The notes below the pieces were generated by a model. It made no database searches, was not told where the DNA came from, and saw only the letters and a list, made by a program, of their open reading frames with translations. A program made the position numbers and the translations under genes. A stretch of 64,000 nucleotides of DNA, taken from contig OZ218778.1 in the NCBI GenBank assembly GCA_965112635.1, forward strand, positions 2,176,001 to 2,240,000, given 5' to 3'. The DNA is from an uncultured bacterium (GTDB lineage Bacteria; Oederibacteriota; Oederibacteriia; Oederibacteriales; Oederibacteriaceae). Every line of letters starts with the position of its first letter. Positions within the stretch are counted from its first letter, which is position 1. Shown here in pieces: positions 1 through 10,199 of this stretch.

Positions 1-780
1 AATAGAATGGGTGAGTATATTAAGTCCAAAGAAAATGACTACCATTTTTATTTAGAAACTAATTTTTGTAATTATTCTCAAGTTTGGTTCAATAATTATA
101 AAGAGAGAAATTACGACCCTTTATATTTAAATTACATTCTGCCCTACGTTAAAGGAAATTCTAAGAACATCGGAGTGATTATGGATCCGTCGAGGTTATC
201 GCTAAAAGATATTTTCTATTTTTATTATCCCCATATGTCGATTTATGAAGAAAGAGATCCTTGGGGTCAACCTTTATTTATATCTTTTGAAATACCCAAA
301 GAGGATGTTAATAATATTTTTAAGCAGAAAAGGTATGGCCACGGTTTAACTGCCCTCTATTTCAATAATACTAGTTGGGAGGGTAAGCCAGTTGTTTCGA
401 GAGTCGATCCTACTGTTTTGTATTCTTGGTATATTTTAGAGGGAAATTTTGAGGGGCCTCGTCCAGATCCAGCGTTGCCTTTAACAGGTGCTTTTAGCGT
501 TATATGGAAGGGAATCCTGAGCGCCCCCGAATCGGGTTTTTATACATTTGGACTCAAATCGGAACAGGGTTCCGCTTTATATATAGATAACAAGCTAGTT
601 GTTAATAATTTAGTAAACAATGGATTAGAAAATCTAGAAAATCGTATAGATCTGGTCAGGGGAGCGCATTCTATTCTTATAAAATATTTTACCAAGGGTT
701 TTGATAAAAGTATCGAAGCTTACTGGCTACCCCCAATGGGTGCGAAAGAAATATTGCCGCCTTCTTTACTAACACCATAG
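1..780 (+). CDS. PA14-domain protein, C-terminal part (open at window edge; possibly the tail of a membrane glycosyltransferase-PA14 fusion)
   Basis: Frame open from base 1. PA14 motifs GLTALYFNNTSWEGKPVVSRVD, FSVIWKGIL.APESGFYTF, GSALYIDNKLVV, IKY...W.PP. Confidence 0.75.
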   Translation, partial: NRMGEYIKSKENDYHFYLETNFCNYSQVWFNNYKERNYDPLYLNYILPYVKGNSKNIGVIMDPSRLSLKDIFYFYYPHMSIYEERDPWGQPLFISFEIPKEDVNNIFKQKRYGHGLTALYFNNTSWEGKPVVSRVDPTVLYSWYILEGNFEGPRPDPALPLTGAFSVIWKGILSAPESGFYTFGLKSEQGSALYIDNKLVVNNLVNNGLENLENRIDLVRGAHSILIKYFTKGFDKSIEAYWLPPMGAKEILPPSLLTP

Positions 781-1584
781 GTGATTGCGTTGAAAAAGCC
801 AAAAGTTATCGTTGTAATGCCTGCTTATAATGCCGCTAAAACTCTGGAAAAAACTTATAGAGATATTCCAAAAAAAATTGTTGACCATATCATTTTGGTG
901 GATGATGTAAGCCACGACAAAACTGTAGAAGTTGCAAAAAAATTGGGAATCAAGGTTGTTGTCCATTTACAAAATAAAGGTTATGGCGGGAACCAAAAGA
1001 CCTGTTATTTGGAGGCGTTAAAGTCTGGCGCTGATATTATAGTCATGCTCCATCCCGATTATCAATATGATTCCAGGCTCATACCGGAACTTATCAAGCC
1101 TATCGAGGAGAAACATGCTGACATGGTGTTAGGTTCTAGGATGCTTGGTGAAGGAGCTCTCAACGGCGGCATGCCTCTTTACAAATACATAGCCAACAGG
1201 ATTCTGACTTTTATCGAAAACTTAACCTTCGGGAAGCATTATTCGGAATTACACACAGGTTTCAGGGCGTACAGCAGAACCTTTCTGCAGAAAATCCCAT
1301 TCTTGTTGAACTCAGATAATTTCGTTTTTGATTCTGAGGTCATTGCGCAAGCTGAGGCCTTTAGATTTAAAATCACCGAAATCCCCGTCCCCACAAGATA
1401 TTTTAATGACGCCTCATCGGTTAATTTTAAGAATAGCCTGATCTATGGTTTTTCGACTCTATGGGTTATGGTTCTATTCGTTCTTTTTCGTTTGAGGCTA
1501 ATTCATAATAAGCGGTTTTCTGTGAAATTAGGGGATATCATCAGTAAAGAATATAAAAATAAATATCTAAAAAATAATCGTTAA
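781..1584 (+). CDS. GT2 glycosyltransferase (DPM1-like polyprenol-phosphate sugar synthase)
   Basis: VVMPAYNAAKTL, VDDVSHD, NKGYGGNQK, HPDYQYD, TGFRAY; C-terminal hydrophobic segment. Confidence 0.9.
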   Translation: MIALKKPKVIVVMPAYNAAKTLEKTYRDIPKKIVDHIILVDDVSHDKTVEVAKKLGIKVVVHLQNKGYGGNQKTCYLEALKSGADIIVMLHPDYQYDSRLIPELIKPIEEKHADMVLGSRMLGEGALNGGMPLYKYIANRILTFIENLTFGKHYSELHTGFRAYSRTFLQKIPFLLNSDNFVFDSEVIAQAEAFRFKITEIPVPTRYFNDASSVNFKNSLIYGFSTLWVMVLFVLFRLRLIHNKRFSVKLGDIISKEYKNKYLKNNR

Positions 1585-1595
1585 TTCGGATGACG

Positions 1596-1635
1596 AAAAA
1601 CCCTATGTTACAGGCTATAGGTCTTTTCTTTTTTT
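1596..1635 (+). terminator. Possible intrinsic terminator
   Basis: Imperfect stem AAAAACCCTAT...ATAGGTCTTTT followed by a T-run, just after the GT2 stop. Confidence 0.35.
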
Positions 1636-1676
1636 AAGTTTGAAATATATTTTATTTGACTGAAATAAGGAGTTTA

Positions 1677-2657
1677 ATGAGAAAAGCAATGATTGTTTTG
1701 GGGTGGGTTCTCAGCATAGTCTGCCTGTACTTTTTTTTCAGGAATAACCAGCGGACACAAATGATTATGTCCTTCCGCCAGGCCAACTACCTGATGCTAC
1801 CTCTAATAGTGGCTGTGTACTTGTTTGGTTATGTGACCCGGGCTTGGCGTTGGCATTTCCTCATTAAAACAATTAAGAGAGTTCCCTTTAGACGGCTTTT
1901 TTCAGTATTGGTAATTGGTTTCATGGCCAATAATATCCTACCGCTTCGCATGGGTGAGGTGGTTAGGGCATATCTTTTCGGTAAAAGGGAAGAGATTAGC
2001 AAAAGCGCATCCCTTGCCACAATTATGGTAGAGAGGCTATTTGATGGTCTTACCATACTATGTTTTTTTAGTGTAAGTTCGGCCATTTTGTCCGGAGCCG
2101 GTGCGATTGTAAAGCCACTCAAAATTTTGAGCGTACTGGGGATATTTTTATTTCCTATGGGTGTATGCCTGTGTCTACTTTTTTATAGAAACAAGTCACT
2201 GAAATTGGCTGAGAGGTTTCTGGGCGTCCTGCCCCGGGGTTTGGCCCAAAAAATCCATATGTTTCTGGACCGCTTTATAGATGGTTTAGCTGTTCTCAAA
2301 AACCCATTGGACTTGATAGCGGTCGCCTTCCTTTCACTTCTTTCGTGGAGCATTGAGAGCTATGCCTATTATCTGGTTGCTCTAGCGTTTAATGTGCCAA
2401 TAAGCCTTCCCATGGTGTTTCTGCTGATGTCCGTGGTTAACTTAGCGATTTTGGTTCCCTCCACACCCGGTGGGCTAGGTGTGTTTGAAGGCAGTGGGCT
2501 TGCTATTTTAGTCCTATTCTCGGTCCAGGCAGAGCTCGCGCGCTGTTACATACTTGCCGTACACATAGTAGTGCTTGTACCAATCATTCTATTAGGTCTC
2601 TTTTTCCTTGGTCGGTACCATTTATCCGTTAAAGATCTTCAGCAATCACGCGGTTAG
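1677..2657 (+). CDS. Lysylphosphatidylglycerol-synthase TM / UPF0104 flippase-like membrane protein
   Basis: RAWRW, GFMANNILPLRMGEVVR, ERLFD, PSTPGGLGVFE; multiple TM helices. ATG at 1677 follows AAGGAG. Confidence 0.88.
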   Translation: MRKAMIVLGWVLSIVCLYFFFRNNQRTQMIMSFRQANYLMLPLIVAVYLFGYVTRAWRWHFLIKTIKRVPFRRLFSVLVIGFMANNILPLRMGEVVRAYLFGKREEISKSASLATIMVERLFDGLTILCFFSVSSAILSGAGAIVKPLKILSVLGIFLFPMGVCLCLLFYRNKSLKLAERFLGVLPRGLAQKIHMFLDRFIDGLAVLKNPLDLIAVAFLSLLSWSIESYAYYLVALAFNVPISLPMVFLLMSVVNLAILVPSTPGGLGVFEGSGLAILVLFSVQAELARCYILAVHIVVLVPIILLGLFFLGRYHLSVKDLQQSRG

Positions 2658-2665
2658 GGGGATTT

Positions 2666-3964
2666 ATGAGGGTTGTTGTCATTGGGGGTGGAATAGCTGG
2701 CTTAACTGTAGCTTATAAATTGGTCAACAAAGGCGTTGAAGTAGAGCTTTTTGAAAAAGAAGAAATTTTAGGTGGTTTGGCGGCCGGTTTTCCAACATCA
2801 GGAACCTATTTAGAATATTTTTACCATCATATCTTTACTACGGATTCATATTATATTGAGTTGCTTAGGGAATTGGGCCTTGAAAATCATCTAATGTGGT
2901 TACATCCAAAAATGGGAATGTTTCATGATGGCCAAGTTTATGATTTTGGAACGCCATTTGATCTTCTCAAATTTAAGCCCCTAAATTTTATTGATCAAAT
3001 AAGGTTTGGTTTAACAGTTATTTACCTACAAAAATTGAAAAATTGGAAAAAGTTTGAGCAGATCACCGCTGCTTTTTGGCTTAAGAAATATACAGGACCA
3101 AATGTTTATAGAATAATCTGGGAGCCGCTTTTAAAAGCGAAGTTCGGCGATCAATTTAACAAAATATCCATGGCTTGGTTTTGGGCGCGTTTGGCTACAA
3201 GGGCGCGCAGCCGTAGGAACGGGCGGGAAACCCTCGGTTATGTACTAGGTGGTTTCATGGCCATGGTGAATAAGCTTGAAGAGGAGATCGTTAAAAAGGG
3301 TGGAAAAATCCACAAAAAGACGGGCACCGAGAAGATTGTTATAAGAAACAACCGCACGGTAGGTATCTTGGCTGAAGGGCAGGAGGTTAAGTCCGACCTA
3401 GTAGTATGTACTTTGGCTCCATCCCTATTATTTAAGCTTTTGCCCGATGCTCCACAAGATTTTAAGAAAAATTATTCACAAATTGATTATTTGGGAGCAC
3501 TGTGCCTTGTGCTGCAGCTTCAAGAAAGCCTAACGCCGATCTATTGGCTGAATATCAGTGACTCAACAGTGCCTATGACCAGCATCGTGGAGCATACAAA
3601 CCTGATAGACAGGAAATATTATCAAGGCAATGTGTATATGTATCTGGGCAACTATTTGTCCCAGAAACATCGATATTTTTCAATGAGTGCCGACCAGTTA
3701 CTTGTAGAATATGAGCCTCATTTGAAAAGGATATTTCCAAAATATGAGCGATTTTTAGTTAAGGAAAAATGGTTATTCAAGGATTTGTTTGCGCAGCCAG
3801 TCATGGAAATAGGTTATAGCAAGAAAATTCCTCCTCTGGTCACATCCATACCTAATCTCTATCACATAAGTATGGCCCAGGTTTATCCTGAAGACCGGGG
3901 AACGAACTTTTCAATAAAACTTGCAATAACCCTGGTTGAAGAGATTATCAGAAAAGTTATTTAA
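2666..3964 (+). CDS. NAD(P)/FAD-dependent oxidoreductase (protoporphyrinogen oxidase-like family, common in glycosylation loci)
   Basis: VVVIGGGIAGL, GGLA, LEYFYHHIF, QVYPEDRG. Confidence 0.85.
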   Translation: MRVVVIGGGIAGLTVAYKLVNKGVEVELFEKEEILGGLAAGFPTSGTYLEYFYHHIFTTDSYYIELLRELGLENHLMWLHPKMGMFHDGQVYDFGTPFDLLKFKPLNFIDQIRFGLTVIYLQKLKNWKKFEQITAAFWLKKYTGPNVYRIIWEPLLKAKFGDQFNKISMAWFWARLATRARSRRNGRETLGYVLGGFMAMVNKLEEEIVKKGGKIHKKTGTEKIVIRNNRTVGILAEGQEVKSDLVVCTLAPSLLFKLLPDAPQDFKKNYSQIDYLGALCLVLQLQESLTPIYWLNISDSTVPMTSIVEHTNLIDRKYYQGNVYMYLGNYLSQKHRYFSMSADQLLVEYEPHLKRIFPKYERFLVKEKWLFKDLFAQPVMEIGYSKKIPPLVTSIPNLYHISMAQVYPEDRGTNFSIKLAITLVEEIIRKVI

Positions 3965-4019
3965 GATTGATGGTGTTGGTATTGCGTGTCATAGAATATG
4001 AGAAGGGGCTATTGATCTA

Positions 4020-4967
4020 TTGAATTCAAACAAAAAAAAATTGTTGAACACATATATTTTACCAGTGTTAATTTATTTTATTTTGACCACGATATTTGTG
4101 GAGTCTCTTTTAGTTGCAAAGACAATTCTGGGAGAATCTGAGGATTTTACTGAAATACAGCATCTTTCTGCGAGTTCAATGGATTTGGAAATATTAAGGC
4201 AGAAAATTGCTGATTTTACCGCTAATTATCCAGATAGCTCTCATTCCATTGAGATATCGAGTTATAAGACTGCGTTGTTATTAAAGAATACCAAATCCCC
4301 TGATGACAAAAGGGATATTTTGGATCAATTTGCCAACCTTGTTGGTAAGACCTGCGAAATCTCTCCTAATTTATCTGGTTTATGTGATGTTTGCGAGTGG
4401 CTTTTTAGCGAACAGGGCAAGCTAGGTGAATTAAGTAGAATGGCGCAGACCGTATCTTATTTAAAGTCTATCCTAAGAAAGACCCAACGGCCTGAGAATA
4501 AATATGCTGATATGTTTTATGCTGCCCAAATTGCAGAGAACGGGGCAAAAGCTTTTAGTGTTCAGGGACTTCGCCACGAGGAATTGGGTCTGAGAAGTTT
4601 AAAAGGGAAATTATTACTAGTTAATTTTTGGGCTACATGGTGTCGTGGTTGCCAAAAATCAATAGCTGATACTAAGAAATTGTATAAGAAGTATCATGAG
4701 GAAGGTTTGGAAATAATAGGGGTTAGCGCTGACACTATGCCTACAGAACAGTTCGGGCAGTGGATCAAAAATTGCCATGTTACTTGGCCACAGTTTTACG
4801 ACGAGAATGGCTGGAAGAATAAATTGTTTGTTTTGTATGACATCAATAACGTGCCCTCTACTCTTTTATTTAATCGTAGTGGAAAATTGGCTGGGATTTT
4901 CTTGGAAGGACAGGACTTGGATAATAGAATCTCTGATTTAATCCGACGCAAAACCGAAGGTGAGTAA
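4020..4967 (+). CDS. Membrane-anchored TlpA/ResA-like thiol-disulfide oxidoreductase
   Basis: N-terminal TM helix; C-terminal LKGKLLLVNFWATWCRGC, GLEIIGVS, VPSTLL. Confidence 0.85.
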   Translation: MNSNKKKLLNTYILPVLIYFILTTIFVESLLVAKTILGESEDFTEIQHLSASSMDLEILRQKIADFTANYPDSSHSIEISSYKTALLLKNTKSPDDKRDILDQFANLVGKTCEISPNLSGLCDVCEWLFSEQGKLGELSRMAQTVSYLKSILRKTQRPENKYADMFYAAQIAENGAKAFSVQGLRHEELGLRSLKGKLLLVNFWATWCRGCQKSIADTKKLYKKYHEEGLEIIGVSADTMPTEQFGQWIKNCHVTWPQFYDENGWKNKLFVLYDINNVPSTLLFNRSGKLAGIFLEGQDLDNRISDLIRRKTEGE

Positions 4968-4976
4968 TTTTGCCAG

Positions 4977-7946
4977 TTATTCAGTAATTTTTTCTAATTT
5001 CAGCTTATTTTTGGGCATTTCTTGAGTAGCTTTTAGTAGCTTATCCTCATTGGCAATAACACACACACCTCCCTTATGATGGCTGGCTTCTAATACCTTT
5101 AGTAAAGCATTTTTTACCTTAGCTGTAGTGGAAGATATTATCACGGCATATCGTTTTTCCCGTTTAATAGGAGTTTCGCCAGCTAGGTGACGCCATAAAG
5201 CGGTTGTAGTGGCTTGCTCTGGTCTAATAGGTCGATCGAATGATTTGGCTGTACTTATAATAGCTCGGGATATCTCGCTTTTATTCCAAGATTGGCGGTT
5301 CACATATTGGAAAGTGTTTTCAAAAATATCCAATGTCTTTTTTACCCACGGATCCCTGAAAGAAAAGAAGGAAAGAGAGCCGTCTGCCGCTGAATACCTG
5401 CAATTCCCGCCGTAAGCACCTCCCTTTATCCTTATTTCTTCAAAGAAGTATCCAAGGTCTAGTAAATGAGAGCCGACTTCTAGGAATGGGGAATGAGGGG
5501 ATGAAATGGGTGGGGCTGGAATAACTTTTGCGCAAAAGGCAACTTCAAGAGGAGCGCTCAATCCTTCCCATAGGCTAACCGGTTTTGAGGTTAATAAACA
5601 TGGATATTTCGGGATTGGTCTATGGCGCATTTGTTTTAACCAGTTGCTTAATGTTTCTGATAACCGGGGATAGATCTTATCGGAGCCCGTGAAACTTATT
5701 GTAATCCGATTGTTATTTAGCATGAAGTCGCGGATATTTAAAATTGAATTTGTTATCTCTGGGCAGTGTTTATCAAAATGGTCAGTCAGCTTGCAGACGA
5801 GCCGGTATTGTTCCAAGCCAGTCATTGTTTCTGATAGCAAAAAACTAGGGGAGAGGGCACGAGAGGCGCGCGACAGAGCCATGCCTAGAGGGTTTTGGGT
5901 TATGGCAGCGTGTAGAGAGGTTTTATATTGGATCAAAACGTTTTTGAGCCGGTGAGTGTCTTTGGGTTCCATTTCAAAAAATAAATCTCTCAAAAGAGAC
6001 AAGGCATCGAAGATTTTGTCGTCAACCGATTTCAGTGAGAACACTGAATAATGCAGAGGGGTTGAGAGATGATCAGCATGAGAAGTGAGAATGGAATGGA
6101 ATCCAATGCCGCCTGTACACGCTGCTTTTTGCTGGGCTAATTTGATGTAGTCTTTACCTGCTGCACCCATTTTGCGGATGCATTCGCCATAAAGAGGCAG
6201 ATATGCGTAAAGATGAGCGGGAAGGCCGTTTAAATTAACTGCAATTTGTAGGTAGTTTATGCCATTAGCGAAGATGTTATTTTTTAGGATAACATTTTGG
6301 CCATTGAGGTAGTTCAGTGATATGGGAATGTGTTTGGGTTTCGAGGGTAAGTCCTTGATGCGAAGGTGGGGCAGGGCGGCTACCCTTTCCGGGGGATTAG
6401 GGGTGTTTTGTAGCTTTTCCAGAGCCTCAGATTGGCAGGCTAGTTTTTGCAGCTCGGCATGGGATAAAGAGGATTTAAACTGGGTTAATTTATCCGAAAG
6501 TCTTCGTTCTTTTTTTTGGCCGAGATAAGGATCAGGAATAAAGGTCATGGTCAGACGATGGGGATTTTTAAGAAGTCGTTCCGTGATGATTGTGCTAAAC
6601 AACGAAGGATTCTTGCGGTAACGGATTTTCAGGTCATCTAGGAGCTTGTTTCCCTGAAGCAATAAAAGGGGATCGGGTAGGTAATTCCAGGCTGCGAAAA
6701 CGTTTTCCATTATATTTAACGGATAAAGGGAAGTCACTTCCGATATCGAATAGGACATTTGGTGGAAAGCTGATTCGACCTGTTCTGGGGACAGACCCTG
6801 CCTCGCGATGGTTTGCAGGGTTTCAAGAACCAGCCGGACCATTTTATCCCGATATTTAAGGTTACTTCCCCTTAACCCCACCGCGAATACGGTTTCTAGA
6901 ATGCCTCCAGAATAGCCTGAATAGAAGAGGTCTCGCCCCAATTTGGAATCAATAAGAGCTTTTCTAAGCGGGGCGGCTTGGTGACCCACTAAGATCAATT
7001 CCAAAATCTCCATTTCCATGTTCCGGGCAGGATCCCCTCCATTGTCCAAAAGCCAGTTGATATAGATAAAAGTCTTTCTTTTGGTTCGTTCCCCTGGAGA
7101 AACGGCATAGTATTCTTTGCCTAGTCTCGGTTTTACCCAGTGTTTTTGTTTTGGTATGGACAGATGCTGAGGTTTCCGATTGGATGGACGCAGTTTTTTG
7201 TTTAAAAATTCCAAATGTTTGATGGTAGGAATATTACCGTAAATAAAGATTTTGGCGTTAGAGGGATGATAAAATTTTCTATAAAAACGTGTAAAGTCGC
7301 TGTATTGCAGATTGGGGATTTCTTCGGGATCTCCCCCTGATTCTTTTCCGTAAACCGAGTTGGGAAAGAGCCGTTTGAAGGTCTGGCGTATCACCAAATT
7401 ATCCGGGCTGGAAAAGACACCCTTCATTTCGTTATAGACTATCCCTTTATAGATGAGAGGGCTTTGCGGGTTGTTTTTCTCGCTAAATTCGATGTGGATA
7501 CCTTCTTGTTTGAAGGTATTTTCAGTGAGGTTAGGGTGAAAGACCGCATCGCAATAGACATCGGCCAGATTAAAAAAATCCTTTTCAACATTGCTGGCTA
7601 GGGGGTAAACGGTTCGATCCGGATAGGTGTGGGCGTTAAGGTAGGTCGCCATGCTCATTTTGAGCATTTCCACGAACGGGTCTTTTACCTTATATTTGCG
7701 GGAACCTCCCAAAACCGAGTGCTCTAGGATATGGGGAAGACCAAAGTTATCCTTTGGCAAGGTCATAAAACCTATAGCAAAAAGGTTTTCCGTGTCAGAG
7801 CAGCACAAATGAAAGAGTTGCGCGCCTGTTTTTATATGCACAAACTCATAAGCGGTTGCTCGTAGTCGAGGCAGTTCAGTTACTTTCTTGAGTAAAAAAC
7901 CGTGTTGTTGCTGACCGGGCTTCATTGAAAGAGAGTTATCGGACAT
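4977..7946 (-). CDS. M16C zinc peptidase (presequence protease PreP/Cym1-like insulinase)
   Basis: Inverted zincin motif HILEHSVLGGSRKY, GIVYNEMKG, IRIKGGAYG, SFRDP. Confidence 0.93.
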   Translation of the reverse strand: MSDNSLSMKPGQQQHGFLLKKVTELPRLRATAYEFVHIKTGAQLFHLCCSDTENLFAIGFMTLPKDNFGLPHILEHSVLGGSRKYKVKDPFVEMLKMSMATYLNAHTYPDRTVYPLASNVEKDFFNLADVYCDAVFHPNLTENTFKQEGIHIEFSEKNNPQSPLIYKGIVYNEMKGVFSSPDNLVIRQTFKRLFPNSVYGKESGGDPEEIPNLQYSDFTRFYRKFYHPSNAKIFIYGNIPTIKHLEFLNKKLRPSNRKPQHLSIPKQKHWVKPRLGKEYYAVSPGERTKRKTFIYINWLLDNGGDPARNMEMEILELILVGHQAAPLRKALIDSKLGRDLFYSGYSGGILETVFAVGLRGSNLKYRDKMVRLVLETLQTIARQGLSPEQVESAFHQMSYSISEVTSLYPLNIMENVFAAWNYLPDPLLLLQGNKLLDDLKIRYRKNPSLFSTIITERLLKNPHRLTMTFIPDPYLGQKKERRLSDKLTQFKSSLSHAELQKLACQSEALEKLQNTPNPPERVAALPHLRIKDLPSKPKHIPISLNYLNGQNVILKNNIFANGINYLQIAVNLNGLPAHLYAYLPLYGECIRKMGAAGKDYIKLAQQKAACTGGIGFHSILTSHADHLSTPLHYSVFSLKSVDDKIFDALSLLRDLFFEMEPKDTHRLKNVLIQYKTSLHAAITQNPLGMALSRASRALSPSFLLSETMTGLEQYRLVCKLTDHFDKHCPEITNSILNIRDFMLNNNRITISFTGSDKIYPRLSETLSNWLKQMRHRPIPKYPCLLTSKPVSLWEGLSAPLEVAFCAKVIPAPPISSPHSPFLEVGSHLLDLGYFFEEIRIKGGAYGGNCRYSAADGSLSFFSFRDPWVKKTLDIFENTFQYVNRQSWNKSEISRAIISTAKSFDRPIRPEQATTTALWRHLAGETPIKREKRYAVIISSTTAKVKNALLKVLEASHHKGGVCVIANEDKLLKATQEMPKNKLKLEKITE

Positions 7947-7982
7947 GACCTTCTTGTCCTTTAATAGTTTTTTTAGGGGCGT

Positions 7983-8681
7983 TTACCGAAGTTTCAGATA
8001 TAGTTTAAAAAGTTCTTTGAATGCCCGCAAGATAACGGAGATTTTGGCGCCGGTTTGTTTTCCTGCTGTCCGGGGGTAATGATGTACCCCTGTTTCTTCA
8101 ATAGTGAAGCCGGCCTTTTTAGCCCTGGCCAGAAGTTCGGTGCTGATCATGGCTCCTTTGGCCTCAAGGGTCATATTGCCCAAAACTTTACGCTTGATTA
8201 GTTTGAAGGCGCAATCCACGTCCCGGATGCCTAGGTGAAATAGTAAATTAACCAGCCTGCCCCAGCAAAAAGCGTTGAGTCGGCGGTGCCAAGGGTCTTG
8301 GCGCTTGATGCGGAATCCTACGGCTAAATCACAGCGCGCCATTAGAGGTAACAGTTTATGTATCTCAGAGACATCAAATTGGCCGTCCCCGTCAGTAAAA
8401 AAAACATAATCATACTTCGCGCTGAAAAGGCCTGTTTTGACCGCCGCGCCATATCCCTGGTTGACTTTATGTGAAATGAGTTTTATGTGGGGGTTTTTCC
8501 GGTGCAGCTTTGCTGCCACCGCGGCGGTCCTATCTTTGCTGCCGTCATTGACCACGATGATCTCGTAGGTCGAGGTCAATGACCGGAGCACCTTGGTGGT
8601 CTTCAGAGCTAACCTTTCTATATTCGATTCTTCATTATAAGTGGGGAAAAAAGCAGAGATGGACATTGTCTTCAATAGCAA
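7983..8681 (-). CDS. GT2 glycosyltransferase (dolichol/undecaprenyl-phosphate sugar synthase-like)
   Basis: FFPTYNEE, VNDGSKD, NQGYGAA, TDGDGQFD, DVDCAFKL. Confidence 0.9.
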   Translation of the reverse strand: MLLKTMSISAFFPTYNEESNIERLALKTTKVLRSLTSTYEIIVVNDGSKDRTAAVAAKLHRKNPHIKLISHKVNQGYGAAVKTGLFSAKYDYVFFTDGDGQFDVSEIHKLLPLMARCDLAVGFRIKRQDPWHRRLNAFCWGRLVNLLFHLGIRDVDCAFKLIKRKVLGNMTLEAKGAMISTELLARAKKAGFTIEETGVHHYPRTAGKQTGAKISVILRAFKELFKLYLKLR

Positions 8682-8783
8682 AACCCCTTTTATCTTGCTA
8701 ATATCTAAATGATTGCCATTACTATACCTTAAGGTTGACTTTAGGTTAAGAGATTTTTCCTGGTACCTGGAGGAACAGATTAG

Positions 8784-9701
8784 ATGGTCAGGAATATTGT
8801 GATAGTTGGCTCAGGCGCAGCTGGCTATACTGCGGCTATTTACAGTTCCCGGGCGAATTTAAAACCTATTCTCTATGCCGGGCCACAATTGGGAGGCCAA
8901 TTGACCATTACCTCGGAAGTAGAAAACTTTCCAGGTTTTCCAGAAGGTATCTTAGGTCCTGAGCTGATGGCTCGCTTTGAACAGCAGGCAAGAAAATTCG
9001 GAACAGAAATCGTCATGGAACAGATCAGCCAGGTGAATTTCAAGGTGTCTCCCTTTGTTTTGACTGAAAGCAGCGGCAAGACTGTTCAGGCACGTACTGT
9101 TATCGTGAGTACGGGCGCTTCAGCCCAGATTTTGGGTCTTCCCTCGGAAAAGCGGCTGTTCGGGCATGGTGTCTCCGCTTGCGCTACCTGTGACGGATTC
9201 TTTTTCAAGGGCAAGGATGTTGTTGTGGTTGGCGGCGGTGATACCGCCATGGAAGACGCCAACTTTCTGACAAAATTTGCCCAACATGTCACGATCATCC
9301 ATCGACGGGACCAGTTCAGGGCTAGTAAGTTCATGCTAGAAAGAAGCCGGAATAACCCAAAGATATCTTTTAACCTGAACTCAGTTGTTGAAGATATTTT
9401 GGGAGACAAAACAATTCAGGGTTTGCGGATCAAAGACACAAAAACAATGGAAACAAAAGAAATTTTATGCGGTGGTTTATTTGTGGCCATTGGCCATAAA
9501 CCTAATACAGAATTTTTAAGGGGACAATTAGAACTCAACAAAAAAGGTTATGTGGTCACGAAAGGGGGCTCAAAAACCAGTGTTTCGGGGATATTCGCTG
9601 CGGGAGATTGCGCCGACCATGTATATAGGCAGGCTGTTACGGCAGCTGGAACGGGTTGTATGGCTGCTTTGGAAGCTGAGGATTATCTGGAAGGTCAATA
9701 A
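8784..9701 (+). CDS. trxB: Thioredoxin-disulfide reductase
   Basis: GSGAAGYTAAIY, GGQLTIT, CATCDG, GGGDTAME, HRRD, FAAGD. Confidence 0.97.
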   Translation: MVRNIVIVGSGAAGYTAAIYSSRANLKPILYAGPQLGGQLTITSEVENFPGFPEGILGPELMARFEQQARKFGTEIVMEQISQVNFKVSPFVLTESSGKTVQARTVIVSTGASAQILGLPSEKRLFGHGVSACATCDGFFFKGKDVVVVGGGDTAMEDANFLTKFAQHVTIIHRRDQFRASKFMLERSRNNPKISFNLNSVVEDILGDKTIQGLRIKDTKTMETKEILCGGLFVAIGHKPNTEFLRGQLELNKKGYVVTKGGSKTSVSGIFAAGDCADHVYRQAVTAAGTGCMAALEAEDYLEGQ

Positions 9702-9717
9702 TTTACGGAGGATACCT

Positions 9718-10182
9718 TTGGCAAGGATCTTATTAATGGCCTTTTTGATAACAGGAGCGATTTTCTGCCTCTGCCAAATGGCTCAGGCGCAGGACACTTC
9801 GACCGCTACGGCAACAGCGACCTCTACTGAAACCCCGACTTTTACTGCCACTTCCACTGTGACAATCGTCCCGACTCCTTTGCCCACCCAGATTCCAGTA
9901 TCTTTAGACCAGGTTAGGGTCTATCCAAACATTATTACAAATTTCCAGCCTGGACAAAGTCGCGTGACTGTTGATCAGCTTCCCATCCAATGTGAGATTA
10001 CTGTATATAACATTAATTGGGATAAGATATTTTCTTTTTCCACCTCTGATGCTACTAATGGTAACGTGCGTTGGTTTCTCCAAAATATGAACGGTTCTTA
10101 TGTTGCTTCTGGTCTCTATTTCATTGCTTTAACAGATGGTCGAGGAGATCGGAAAATCAAGAAACTAATTTTAGCGAGATGA
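9718..10182 (+). CDS. Small secreted protein: signal peptide + Thr/Pro linker + T9SS-type C-terminal sorting-like domain
   Basis: GGAGG then TTG at 9718; signal peptide ending AQA; TSTATATATSTETPT linker; VYPNIITN...ITVYNI...W.LQN.NG.YVASGLYFI...KIKKLILAR. Confidence 0.75.
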   Translation: MARILLMAFLITGAIFCLCQMAQAQDTSTATATATSTETPTFTATSTVTIVPTPLPTQIPVSLDQVRVYPNIITNFQPGQSRVTVDQLPIQCEITVYNINWDKIFSFSTSDATNGNVRWFLQNMNGSYVASGLYFIALTDGRGDRKIKKLILAR

Positions 10183-10199
10183 ACAAAGGAATTAACGCG

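Noticed and set aside
9550-9717. N-terminal extension of the 210-aa ORF
   Set aside because: Overlaps trxB; the RBS and signal peptide point to TTG at 9718.
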